Assembly (NCBI GenBank): GCA_964188305.1
Contig: OZ076886.1
Length of the DNA stretch: 64,000 nt
DNA from: Podarcis bocagei
Taxonomy: Eukaryota
Direction: 5' to 3' (one strand)
Part shown: piece by piece, positions 1 to 11,315 of the stretch
Layout of the letters: each line of letters begins with the position of its first letter
Position numbering within the stretch: the first letter of the stretch is position 1
Position numbers and translations under genes: made by a program
The notes under the pieces: generated by a model
Databases searched by the model: none
What the model saw: the letters and a program-made list of their open reading frames with translations, nothing else
Told to the model about the DNA's origin: nothing

Positions 1-470
1 CCAATAAATCAACCATAAATCCTGATTCCAAATGACAATAACTACTCCATCCTCTCTATTGATTGAGTTGTTTTTACCATAATCTCCTGTATCTTGATTA
101 TCTTAAAGCAGATTGTGCACCTAGCCTAATTAAAATAAACCTCCTCAAATCTTATTTGCAGCTCTGAATATAGTACATTTGAAGTATATTCTGTATTTCA
201 TCTCACATTACAGCTGGTCCCTAGCTCAGTAAGCAAACCAAACTTTTCTATTCTTGTGAATATTATCTTTTTTGCCTTTCTACATACCCAGCAATAACAC
301 ATTGGATTTTTTTAATGAAACTTTTTTAAATTAATCGGACCGATCTTTTATTCAATTTTTCTCAGCACCATGATGGTTATTTTCCCTGTCCATAAATCTT
401 TAGCAATAGTCTACATGTCTCTGTGGTAGCTTTCTGAAACAATGTGTAATTGTGTTCTACTAAACATTTT
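1..470 (-). mobile_element. Possible highly decayed L1-like ORF2 3' remnant
   Basis: The minus strand is A-rich and reads with frameshifts as AKDLWT...LRKIE...VLLLG, loosely like a vertebrate L1 ORF2 C-terminus. Weak. Confidence 0.3.
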
Positions 471-1056
471 TCTTATTTATCTCCCATTAAACCATAAGTC
501 ACATTTTATAGTATCCGTTCATAGTCAGAACAAGTTTCTGCTTAGTAGAATGCAAGTCTGGTAGGTAGTAGACTCTTGTAATGATATTGATAATGGGTAC
601 AAATTATAACATTTATATGAGGGAGGACAGACTACTCTTTGTTTTATAGTCGTATCATAGCTTTCCCCAAATTGTATCTCCGCTGAAAATTACAGCCTTT
701 TCCCATGAGTGACCTACCTTGCGGATATTTAGGTCTGCTTTTCTCAAGCCAGACAGTGATTGGATCTACAAATCTGTAGTTCCATTTTAATGAACTTAGG
801 CTTTAACATGCTGCTATTATGCTGGCCCACATCAGTTTCAAACCTCTCTTGGTGTTCCCAAGACAAAACCTAATTCTCTGCTGGGCAGAAAACACTGATA
901 CATCTACATGAGGGAAAACCCACAAGTAAAACTTTAGAAACAGACAGAGTGTGGTAAAAAGATGGTAACTCTGTTTCCCCCCACTTCAAATTATTACATT
1001 TGTCTCATAAGAAATATGGGCTAAAAGACCCTTCTCTGCATTTGAGGGTTTCTTAC

Positions 1057-1115
1057 CATGCGGAGTGGAGCCACCCCATTGTGAATCAAACAACAACTGC
1101 AGTCTGGTGCCAGCC
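1057..1115 (-). CDS. Putative internal coding exon B (59 nt, phase 2 in / phase 1 out)
   Basis: The 89-nt intron 1204-1116 (gtaaac...ttcatttcctttgtttgtttcacccctacatcttgtgtaagtttcag) has a long pyrimidine tract; the donor is CCGCATG|gtaaga. It continues exon A in frame: (R)AGTRLQLLFDSQWGGSTPH. A+B = 195 nt = 65 codons. Confidence 0.58.
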
Positions 1116-1204
1116 CTGAAACTTACACAAGATGTAGGGGTGAAACAAACAAAGGAAATGAAACAAAGAACAGTTCAACAAAGTGCTAAAATGGAGTTGT
1201 TTAC

Positions 1205-1340
1205 CTGTAGCTGCTATTCTTCAAGTGGGTATTGCCACATATATGGAAAGGTGCCTGCACAAACCGCAAGAGGGTAAACAACCCTGCAAATATCTGTGAT
1301 AGAAACGGCTCCAGCAAAAGGTATAAACCGTGAAAATATG
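1205..1340 (-). CDS. Putative internal coding exon A (136 nt, phase 1 in / phase 2 out) of an unidentified minus-strand host gene
   Basis: Minus strand: acceptor ...gcagtttcctgttcccttctag|CATATT and donor CTACAG|gtaaac. Only one frame is open: xYFHGLYLLLEPFLSQIFAGLFTLLRFVQAPFHICGNTHLKNSSY(R). Three CpGs are retained. It joins the next exon in frame. I do not recognise the protein. Confidence 0.6.
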
Positions 1341-1589
1341 CTAGAAGGGAACAGGAAACTGCTTGTTTTAAAGTTCATAGCAAGGAAGGAGATAGTTAAA
1401 CTATACATGCTGAAATCCTTTGGGCAGAAACAGACTGCATGTGGCAGAACATCCACAAGCGACAAACCAAATCTAGTATTGTATACGTCAGGAGCTAAAA
1501 CTCTGGTGCAGCAATAAAACTGCTGGCATATTTGAAAAGCTAAGCGACAAGCAGCTCCAGCTCACCCAGCCCTACTCATTGCCACCCCA

Positions 1590-1790
1590 CCACCGCACTT
1601 AACTGACCTGGGGGTTCTAGATTACGGGCTCTATTGGTCCAAACGGAAGCCACAGCGATCGCCCTCTCCCAACAGAAACAAACCAAGACTGCTCCATAGG
1701 AACACAAGAACCAAACTGACTGGACAACACAGTAATAAACCCGAGCATGAACTGACCGTTGACAGTTAGAACATTCGTCTACCAACACTT
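1590..1790 (+). mobile_element. Possible RTE-clade LINE 5' remnant (start of AP-endonuclease)
   Basis: ctgaccgttgacagttagaacattcgt translates LTVDS*NIR, resembling the APE N-terminal motif LT(V/I)ASWN(V/I)RTL, and follows a UTR-like stretch. Confidence 0.35.
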
Positions 1791-2262
1791 ACACGATTGG
1801 TTAGAACATGTCTTGTACATAAAATATGTTAAACCCAATACATAACTCCCTCATTTGTGTAATTTTCACCTGTGGCCCCTTGGAATATCCTGGGGGTATT
1901 ACAAACTCGTCTATTTCACACTGATGTCGGTTTCAGATGCGATGATTCATAAGTCTATTCTTAGGGGCACTGATGTATGCTTTATTTCCCTTTCCATCCC
2001 CTTGAAGAAGCCCTCGTGCCAAAATCAAAAAACTAGACAGAGGTGAGTGTGAAATGCCGGTGGGAGACTCTACCTGGATTCTGCATACATATCCCATCTG
2101 CTACTACAAATACACCTAGCCTAATCAAACAACTACATGCAGATCACTCCTTCTGGGCAAGAATGCAGCACAAAGGTGTATTCAACAAAACTCTACCTTA
2201 CCACCTGCTCTTAGACCTAGTCTAGGTTTTTGTAGGTGCAGCCATTTATTCCTGCATCCCCC

Positions 2263-2391
2263 ACAACAACAACAATTTATTATTTATACCCCACCCATCT
2301 GGCTCGATTTCCCCAGCCACTCTGGACGGCTTCCAACAAAATATTTAAATACAATAATCTGTTAAATATTAAAAGTTTCCCTAAACAGAGC
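2263..2391 (-). mobile_element. L2-clade LINE 3' end
   Basis: The reverse complement reads ...tttgttggaagccgtccagagtggctgggggaaatcgagccagatgggtggggtataaataataaattgttgttgttg, matching the L2 3' UTR at about 24125-24160, with a simple-repeat tail. Confidence 0.8.
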
Positions 2392-2430
2392 ATACATGAC
2401 CTGCTTATCGTCTTTCCCTTACTTTTTTAT

Positions 2431-2497
2431 ACTGGAGATTTCAGGAATTGACCTAGGATATATGACACGGATAGCATGTTTTCGACTACCGAGTTAA
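2431..2497 (-). mobile_element. Degenerate tRNA-derived SINE head
   Basis: The reverse complement taactcggtagtcgaaaacatgct...cctaggtcaattcctgaaatctccagt resembles a decayed A/B-box tRNA-like head. Confidence 0.45.
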
Positions 2498-3172
2498 GTT
2501 CAGAAGACATATAAGACACTTGGAGGAGCATAAAATTTTATATTTTGCTTTTTCAAATATTGGCAGCTAGTGATTTGTTCTCTAAGGCTTCCAGCAATGA
2601 CTTGGGACAATAGCAAAAAAAAAGGGGGGGGAGGGCAGTGACTTCTGGGTTATGTAGGATAGGTGGGTCCTGAATGAAATCTCCATCATAAAATGCTTGG
2701 AAAACACTGGAATTGGATTTCCTTTTAATAGCAATTTTTCTTCTTGGTGTCTGCTGATGCTGTGCAGCGATTCTGCTTGCTTTAGAAGGGTAAAACAAAA
2801 CAGCAAGCCAAATCTCTCTATTTTAAAGGGAGTGGTTTCCCAAGAAAAGCATAGTCTCATTCCCTTCCTATTTCCTGTAAGATACACAGAAAAATGCAGG
2901 CAGCAGGAGCAGCAAGCATCAGTACTAACTTTGAAAAAGATTGTGTAGCGACAGCTGGGCAGCAGGAGGCCTTAGCCTGATAGATTGCTAGGGTCTAAAA
3001 GGTAGAAATAAGTCTAGAGCTTCTTCATTTTCAGGAGGAGGGAGCAAAGATCTAGGCACAAAGCAACTTCCCAACTACAATTAATGTCAAATTAAAGCTT
3101 TCAATTTTGGATTAAAAGTAAGCTTTAATATCAATCGCTGCATAGAAGTTTGAAAGATTAATCACCTGTAAA

Positions 3173-3174
<2 letters not shown>

Positions 3175-3205
<31 letters not shown>
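3175..3205. repeat. (GT)n microsatellite
   Basis: Direct reading. Confidence 0.95.
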
Positions 3206-3211
<6 letters not shown>

Positions 3212-3922
3212 GACACACACACACAAATAAAAAATATACTAACACAACTCCCCAACACTGTCTCTTTTACACAGTAGACTGTATAGAAACTCAATGCCAA
3301 ATTATTATTAAGAGGAGGAGGAGGATTTCAATAACGACAAAATCCACTAATACAATAGATATTTGTAGTGATAAATCGACAACAGATGTTACTCCCAGTG
3401 AACTATGCCTAAAACTTTGAAAGGTTTTTAGCACTGTAGCTATGATATACAAAACAAGGCCCATGTTCCAAATATTTCACTTCACAAAATAAATAAGAGT
3501 TACATGTATTTGATGCAAGAAGCATTTACGAGAGAGGAGCACTACAGTAAACATTGCCTAATCACACCTGTGAAGAAGGTCAGTGTGCTTAAAACCCAAG
3601 GTCACATTAGTATCCTACATTTAATTAATAAGAATCAGCACTACTATTACCATAGTTTTAACTGTAGCTCCTTTCCTGACACTAAAGGACCTAAGCATTA
3701 ACAAGCTACTTATATGTGGAGCTTCTTGATATTGCTGATGAACTGCTACAAGAGATTGGTGCCATAAAAGTGTAGGCTTCATCATAAATGCTATCATGCT
3801 AAGCTGTATGTCTCTGGGGTATCGGAGCATGTGGTCACAGTTTGTAAGCATTCTCATTCATTCATTCACCCACTCACACACAGACACAATATTGCTGTAA
3901 TCCACGAAAGCATTTTCAAGTA

Positions 3923-4149
3923 CAGTGGTACCTCAGGTTACAGACGCTTCAGGTTACAGACGCCGCAAACCCAGAAATAGTACCTTGGATTAAGAACTTT
4001 GCTTCAGGATGAGAACAGAAATTGCACAGCGACGGCACAGCGGCAGTGGGGGGGGCCCATTAGCTAAAGTGGTACCTCAGGTTAAGAACAGTTTCAGGTT
4101 AAGAACGGACCTCCAGAACGAATTAAGTTCTTAACCCGAGGTACCACTG
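3923..4149. mobile_element. Tc1/mariner-superfamily (Tigger/pogo-type) MITE
   Basis: TA|CAGTGGTACCTC(a/g)GGTTA...TAACCCGAGGTACCACTG|TA: TIRs, TA TSD, subterminal repeats and an internal TIR-like copy at about 4069-4084. Confidence 0.93.
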
Positions 4150-4197
4150 TACAGCATACATTCCCAAAGTTACACTTAAAGCCCAGGTATTGATAAA

Positions 4198-4200
<3 letters not shown>

Positions 4201-4250
<50 letters not shown>
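4201..4250. repeat. (TA)n microsatellite
   Basis: Direct reading. Confidence 0.97.
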
Positions 4251-4252
<2 letters not shown>

Positions 4253-4423
4253 TGACGCTTTCAAATTGAAAATTCATGATATCCGGTGAAGCTTGACACA
4301 AGCTGGTATTAAGTGGAAGTTCTGCTTGTATCCTGCCTACTTATTTGAACCAGACAGAGCCCTACCAGCAACTTACTTTATTTAGAGGTGCTTATCGAGA
4401 GATGAGCAGGTGGTTTATTGAGA

Positions 4424-4806
4424 GGGAAGCAGGTGGCGCTGTGGTCTAAACCACTGAGCCTCTTGGGCTTGCCAATCAGAAGGTCGGCAGTTCGAATCCC
4501 CACGATGGGGTGAGCTCCCGTTGCTCGGTCCCAGCTCCTGCCAACCTAGCAGTTTAAAAGCAAGCCAAAACGTGCAAGTAGATAAATAGGTACCGCTCCG
4601 GTGGGAAGGTAAACGGCATTTCCATGCGCTGCTCTGGTTTCGGTGTCCCGTTGTGCCAGAAGCGGCTTAGTCATGCTGGCCACATGACCCGGAAAAACTG
4701 TCTGCGGACAAATGCCAGCTCCCTTGGCCTGTAAAGCGGGATGAGCGCCACAACCCCAGAGTCATCTGCGACTGGACTCAACTGTCAGGGGTCCTTTACC
4801 TTTACC
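4424..4806 (+). mobile_element. Full-length Sauria SINE (Squam1)
   Basis: tRNA-like head (A box GGTGGCGCTGTGG, B box GTTCGAATCC), body and (ACCTTT)n tail. TSD TTTATTGAGA at 4414-4423 and 4807-4816. Confidence 0.95.
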
Positions 4807-5872
4807 TTTATTGAGAGATGAGCAGCCTGGTTTGTTCTTTCTACAAGGTTATTCAGCGGAACTTACAAATCATAGGAAGCTGACACACCTAGATGCTTGC
4901 TAGAGCAATGTATATAGAGCTCATGGGTTGAAGACGCTCGTAGACACTGAGTCTTTCTGTGAAGTAAGCGCACAGGAAAGAAAGGGCAGACCTATCTCTT
5001 CACTCCACCCACTGCAGTCAAAGTTGAGATCACCCATGATTACCACATGGGGACATTTTCCCAAAGAGTCCTAGCCACACAGTAAGGAAATCTGTTTCAA
5101 TCATGTTGGTGGGGAGTAATAAGTCTACCAGTCGATGCGCTGCCTTCCCAATAAGGTTCTCCTGTCCTTGTAATGAAGTAGTTAGAAAACAGATACTTAG
5201 TTGCATTTTGGAATCTAGCAACAGTCCTGGCAGCATACGGTACAGACCCTACTAGATTATTCTGCTGCAGACATGTTGGAACGCACTCAGGTTAAATGAA
5301 AAGCTTTCAGAATGTAGCAGTAGCATTTCAGAAATGTTAGGCTTAGCCATTTTTTTTCCTGACATGCGAGCTTTCAGTGACCAAGAAGTCCAGGTTTCTT
5401 TCTCTCTCTCTCTCTGCCCACCTGCCCCCAGAAAGTATTCAAAGATGTAATTCCCAATATACTCCTAAAGCGTGAAAGTCCAGGAAAGACTTCATGTGAT
5501 TTATCTGCACTTGGTTTTGGGCTATGCCAGCACAAGCACAACATCAGAGGGAGGCAAAGAAACCAAATAGCTTTTTAATCACTTGTCAAATTAATTCTTG
5601 CTATTTTGTGATGTGCAAAATGGGAAGCCACATTCTAAGAGGTGAAACACCTCTGGGTTTGGGGTTTCTTTAAAGTAAATACCTAGTAAAGTGGATTACA
5701 ATAAATTCAAAACGATGTAGATCAAGAAAACAGATTAAAAGTAAGGATGGTTTTTTTTGGGGGGGGGGAGTAATTTATTTTCCTATAGACATAGTTGCTG
5801 AAGTTTAAGTTGCAGAAAATATAAGTGGTTATTTCATCATCCTGAAAATGATTAGGCTTCCTAGAAAATAGA

Positions 5873-6476
5873 TGTCAGGGACTGGTTGAACAAGGAGGAA
5901 TGGTGGGAAGATCCAGCTGTAGCACAGCCAAGGGAAGAAGGCTCAGAGACCGTGAACTGGTGATGGGACAACAATGACTGGTCAGAGGGAGAAGACTGGG
6001 AGAAGGTGGTATCAGAAGCTGAAGTGGTAACATGGTTTAGTGAGCAGGAAGAATCCGTTGCAGAGAGAAGTTCAGGATCAGAGGCAGAAAATGAAGCAGG
6101 AGAGTAGGAAGATGGAGGTCAAGAGGCAGAGACAAGTCAGGCTGGTGAAGAAGCATGGGTGTCTCCCCCGCCTGCTGCAACAAGCTCCCCTCACCCCGAT
6201 CTCCCAGTATCAGGAAAGGCATGAAATGGGAGGAGCAAAGGCGGACATCCAAGCGCAGTCTTAGATTGCTTGGGAAAGACCCAGGAGAGGAGGGGATATA
6301 GGCAAGTGTGGGAAAGTGGGGACCTTCAGTGGCCGCAATTGCCTCATAGGGGCAAGACCTAATGAAGAAGAGTTGCTGCGCTCATTAGGCTCCGTACGCC
6401 TGCACAGATCCTGTTTTTCTAATAAAGAGTTAACTTCACCTCCTCTGTGTGATTTACTGCTGGCTCACTCCTTACA
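5873..6476 (+). mobile_element. Solo LTR, Gypsy-like
   Basis: TGTCAGGGA...TCCTTACA termini (imperfect inverted ends), AATAAA at 6421, purine-rich body. The TSD is degenerate (ATAGA/ATATG). A homologous decayed copy lies at about 59698-60035. Confidence 0.75.
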
Positions 6477-6559
6477 ATATGAGTATCAAGCACTGTGATT
6501 CTCTGACTGGGCACTACTGGTGGTTCCCCATGGCTCTGATGTTTAGATGGCCTTCACTA

Positions 6560-6830
6560 GGTCTGAGCCTTTAGTGTGGCAGGCCTTGCACCGTTGAACT
6601 CCCTACCAGTAGAAGTTTGACAGGAACCATCCCTTGCTTCCTTCAGGTGCCTTCCAAAAACTTTTTGTCTGTTTGTTTAGACAGGCTTTTACAACATTGC
6701 TTTTCGTTTTGTTTTAAAGTTGGGTTTTAGTGGTTCTTTCATTGGTGTCACCCTTCTATGTTGTACTCTGTCTTGCTATGTTTTTTGTGAAAGTGTGGAT
6801 TATACATTCGTAAATAAGCTGTGCAGAGGA
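6560..6830 (+). mobile_element. Decayed L2 LINE 3' ORF2/UTR fragment
   Basis: Reads AFSVAG..xNSLPVEV.Q.PSLASF...KT.LFRQAF with lesions, typical of the L2 ORF2 C-terminus, then a T-rich UTR. Confidence 0.65.
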
Positions 6831-6905
6831 TGGGCATTCTGAGCTCAAACTGTCCATTCTCCATTGTATGATATTTTGAGAAAGGCGTTCCCAAATGCTC
6901 AATGA

Positions 6906-7042
6906 CAGGCATAAGCAAACTCGACCCTCCAGATGTTTTGGGACTACAACTCCCATCATCCCTGATCACTGGTCCTGTTAGCTAGGGATGATGGGAGTTG
7001 TAGTCCCAAAAAAATCTGGAGGGCATAGTTTGCCTACGCCTG
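6906..7042. mobile_element. Palindromic non-autonomous hAT MITE (family H1, about 136 bp)
   Basis: CAGGCATAAGCAAACT...AGTTTGCCTACGCCTG, hairpin over almost its whole length, with an exact 8-bp TSD CTCAATGA (6898-6905 / 7043-7050). Confidence 0.95.
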
Positions 7043-7856
7043 CTCAATGACATGTTCATATTTACTCAATGTTCAAAGGTACATTCACTACAGCAAATAA
7101 ACACAAGCACACACTGATGCAGTAGAGGACCATGCAAAATGTGGAATGGCTCTAAAATAATACTACGCTGCGAGAAGCCATGCTATAAACCACAGGTCCC
7201 TAAATACAGTTCTATCTATATCTGACCTGAAACTAATTAAATATATGTTAAGAGTCTGAAAACACCATACACATCAAAATTAAAATAATTAAAACCCTCC
7301 CTTCCTCCCATTACACAGAATGAAGTGGCAGCGAAGGATATATACCAATGTTCTGAGCAACAGGCAACAAGTTGCCATAAATAATGTAAATAACTAAGAT
7401 GTGGGTAATAAATCTACAGCTAAGCAAGTTATTTTGGCATCTTACTTACGAAATGCAGCACTTTGATCCCACTCTATCATCTACATTTACAGCATTTCAG
7501 TGGAATTAAGGGCTACTTCATCTAAAACATATGCACTACTTCTATATTGATATGGTGAAACATGGCTGTTATGACTAACAGATATATAACCAAATTTCAC
7601 TATCTCAAAGATCCAAAGGGTTTGACAGAAAAGGGGTTCAGAGGAATTTTGAAATATCAACAATGTATCCGTTGCTGTATAGCTCTCTATCCGCTTGTGA
7701 TAAGCACCTTCAGCCTACTTCTTTCCTCCATCTTTGCCTCATGCTTCCAGCTCACTTTGAGGAATGCTTAGGTTTTTTTTACCCTAACCAGCAAATAACC
7801 TTGCTCTTTTTCCTGGAGAAATGATAGCCACCAAGTCCTGTTGATACCTGGCACCA

Positions 7857-8180
7857 TGTTGTTGTTTAGTCGTTTAGACATGTCCAACTCTTCGTGACCC
7901 CATGGACCAGAGCACGCCAGGCACTTCTGTCTTCCACTGCCTCCCGCAGTCTGGTCAAACTCATGCTGGTAGCTTCGAGAACACTGTCCAACCATCTCGT
8001 CCTCTATCGTCCCCTTCTCCTTGTGCCCTCCATCTTTCCCAACATTCTTCGGCGATCAGCCTTCTTTATGGTCCAGCTCTCACTTCCATACATAACTACT
8101 GAAAAAACCATAGCTTTAACTATATGGACCTTTGTTGGCAAGGTGATGTCTCTGCTTTTTAAGATGCTGTCTAGGTTCCA
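7857..8180 (-). mobile_element. Bov-B (RTE) LINE 3' fragment with internal deletion
   Basis: ORF 8004-8198, NLDSILKSRDITLPTKVHIVKAMVFSVVMYGSESWTIKKADRRR|MLGKMEGTRRRGR, is the Bov-B ORF C-terminus. (CAA)n tail; TSD TGGCACCA (7849-7856 / 8181-8188). Confidence 0.95.
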
Positions 8181-8280
8181 TGGCACCACAGAATCCACAT
8201 TTAAGCAGACTGCCTACAGCCCAGCATGACAGTGAACTTCTGGTGCATCCATAACTATATGCACGCAAGCATGCACACAT

Positions 8281-8282
<2 letters not shown>

Positions 8283-8312
<30 letters not shown>
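8283..8312. repeat. (AC)n microsatellite
   Basis: Direct reading. Confidence 0.95.
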
Positions 8313-8316
<4 letters not shown>

Positions 8317-9461
8317 CTGATGTAGCAAATATCAGGATCTAATATATCTAAGCTACCCATTTTACCACTAATGGTAAGATGATGCATATTGGACCATTCA
8401 GTGCTGTTATCCACTTTGAAAGTGCTTAATTTCACGTATGTTGGGCTTTCTGCCCACAAATGCCATGAGTCCACATTTGAACTCTGGAATGCATTTTTTT
8501 TAAAAAAAATAAACAACTGCTAATCCAAGAACACTGAAATAAATGCTATCAGTTTTCTACTAGTTGTCACATTTATATTAGTAAACAAAAATCAGTCTGG
8601 GAAGAAATAAATCTGAGGTTGGATTCCTTCTATATATACTAATAATGTAAAAAAACAACAACCCAAAATTGCTTTCCAGAGTGTGGCATCACCCCCCCCC
8701 CCATGGTGTTTTATTTAATAAAATGCACTCTCAGAAGTGAACTAAATGTCTAACATAGATCACCAGAAATGCTCTTTTCAAGAAAGAATTAAGCATTCAC
8801 TGAGTAAGTAATGGCCAATTCAAGGAAACAAATTGTAACCTCTAACATCCTAAATGTACAAACAACCCTATATTGCATTTAACCATACTTTTCAGCTTTT
8901 GAATACAGGTTCAAAATTGGCCTAGAAAGCCAAAACAAGTAAAAAAAACTATAGAAGGATGTACATTAGACTTATGTAGCACAAGCGCATGTGCACACAT
9001 GTGTACGCAGAGAAATGTTTATGAATAAAGTTATTTGCACATTCCACACAGGACATGTTCAGAGCCTTTTGCTGGCTTAGAAAATTTATTCCTTGTGCCA
9101 GTTTCTGTTTTCTATGTAAATCTCTGCAGCTGCCTTGAAAGTAACCACAGTGCCCTAGTAATCCAAACTCCCTTTGAGAAAACAAGAGTAAAATGCACAA
9201 ATTCACTGCCAATTAATTAAATACAGGCATTTCATTTAAGCATAGACAGGTTTTGTTCCTTCCTTCTATAAAGTGAAAAAGAGCTCATCATAACATAGTG
9301 AAGAGTGTAGATAAACCTATGAGAGTTGTCCTGTAAGTTATGCTCTATTTAGCAATAACTGGAAGAACTGATTGAAGTTAGTTAGTTAACATTAACAATC
9401 CAGTCATACATATCAATTGGCTTGCATTCTAGCTTTCTTATCCTCACTAGATGTTTAAGAT

Positions 9462-9788
9462 GAGGGGTCAGCAAAATTTTTCAGCAGGGGGCCAGCCCAC
9501 TGTCCCTCAGACCTTGTGGGGGGCCAGACTATAGGCTAGACTATACTTTGGGGGGGGGGGAAATATGAACGAATTCCTATGCCCCACAAATAACCCAGAG
9601 ATGCATTTTAAATAAAAGCACACATTCTACTCATGTAAAAGCACCAGGCAGGCCCCACAAATAACCCAGAGATGCATTTTAAATAAAAGGACACATTCTA
9701 CTCATGTAAAACCATGCTGATTCCCAGACTGTCCAGGGCTGGATTTAGAAGGCGGACCGGCCCCCAGGCCTTAGTTTGCCTACCCATG
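9462..9788. mobile_element. Non-autonomous hAT (family H2) with internal ~72-bp tandem duplication
   Basis: Ends (C)AGGGGTCAGCAAA...TTTGCCTACCCATG; degenerate TSD TTTAAGAT/TTTAAGGC; the unit gccccacaaataacccagagatgcattttaaataaaag...atgtaaaa occurs twice. Confidence 0.9.
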
Positions 9789-11189
9789 TTTAAGGCAGAG
9801 AGAGAGAGAGAGAGAGATGCAAGGTACTAGACAACGTCATTTCACATAACGAATCTAGTGAAAAAGGACCGAAGTAATCAACCTAAACTAGAGATTCCAA
9901 AACTTATCAGGACCTGCAAAGCCTTTATTTGGTACACTGCCAGTAATAACCACACCTAAATGAAAGGAAATCCTGGGGATATCCTCATCGGAGGCACTAC
10001 ACAGCAGGCAAATGCGGGTTGTGACTCAGACTTCACCCATCACTCTAGCTTTTCTCTGTACAGGTCTTTACATGCAGCACTGCCTTTCTCATCATTAATC
10101 CAGACTCTAAATATGTCTTCCACAATGTGAGCCAGATCCTTAGCAAGTGTGAACTGGCACATCTCCACGGCTGCCAATGCAACCGTGCGGTACAATGCGG
10201 TACAATTGAAAAGAGTGATAAAATGTCAACAAAAATGGTTGATCCAAACACCGTAACTCAGAACATGGCACCTCCAAGATCAAATTTTTGATATAAGGAC
10301 ATGGTATTCTGAGAAGTGTTTATTTGACAACTAAGAGGAAGTTAAGTAACACTAAGACAAGTTCAGCAGGAGAGAGAGAGAGAAAACATTTAGAAGACCT
10401 GTAAAGTGAAGCCACACTGATGTGGTTGAAATCTGCCAAAACACTTGAGAAACACTTCACATTTGGAACTACACAAAAAATGGTTTCATTTTCAATTGAT
10501 TCCCAGACTTATTGAGTATCATATTAACTGGCCCATGCACATACATTTCCACAAGCACATCACGTTCCAAATAGATGCCCCTGCTATTTCCAAGAATTTA
10601 GAGAGTTCTTTCACCAAAAGGTAGCTGGAGGCTGGAGCAGAATGAGAGGGGTTGGTATGTTTATGCCCACTGTAAAAGTCTAAAGGAGTCCAAATGCAAA
10701 CATGCCACTTCGCTACACTGATAAAAAAGTGTTAAGAGACAATGTATGCCATAAAGCACAGAGGCAGGAAGCAGAAGAACAGAGTGAGGAAAAACTATAC
10801 AAATATTGAGAATTGGTATTTTTAAAAAACCCATTAAATCAAATATTTTGGGGAGACAGCGTATGCATAAAGATCAGCTATATCCATGGAATTAAACATA
10901 ACAAATCAACATTTTGCTGTTCTTCAACATTCAAACAAATGAGTTTTTGTCACAGAAGAGTAACTATACCAGCCTCACTTAGCAAAAAACAACAATAAAG
11001 ACAACAGAAGAAGGCTTAAACTCATGTCATAATAAATGTGTTTGTTTTAAATGTGCCACAGAAACAATGGACTGTTTGACTTATTTTAGGAATCTACAGA
11101 GTCAATGCACACAAAATGTGCATTACAATGTGAAAGTTGATTCAAGGGGTTCCCAATGGCATCTGTTTACACACATTTTGCCAAGCGGA

Positions 11190-11315
11190 TCAAGGGACTG
11201 CCTCCAGATATTATTGGGCCTCAGCTTCCATCATCCCCAACCATTGGTCATGGGGACTAATGGAACTTGGAATCTAACAATGAACATCTGGAATACCAAA
11301 GGTTCCCCATCCCTG
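11190..11315. mobile_element. Old degenerate palindromic hAT MITE related to H1
   Basis: cctccagatattattggg...ccatcatcccc...aacatctgga...ggttccccatccctg parallels the H1 layout. Confidence 0.6.

Noticed and set aside
9480-9496. CTCF-like cores in H2 hAT (CAGCAGGGGGC) and Sauria SINE heads (GCAGGTGGCGC)
   Set aside because: Only partial matches to the CTCF motif; binding cannot be inferred from sequence.
10045-10251. Coding-looking minus-strand stretch (VALAAVEMCQFTLAKDLAHIVEDIF...)
   Set aside because: No good splice boundaries and no recognised homology.
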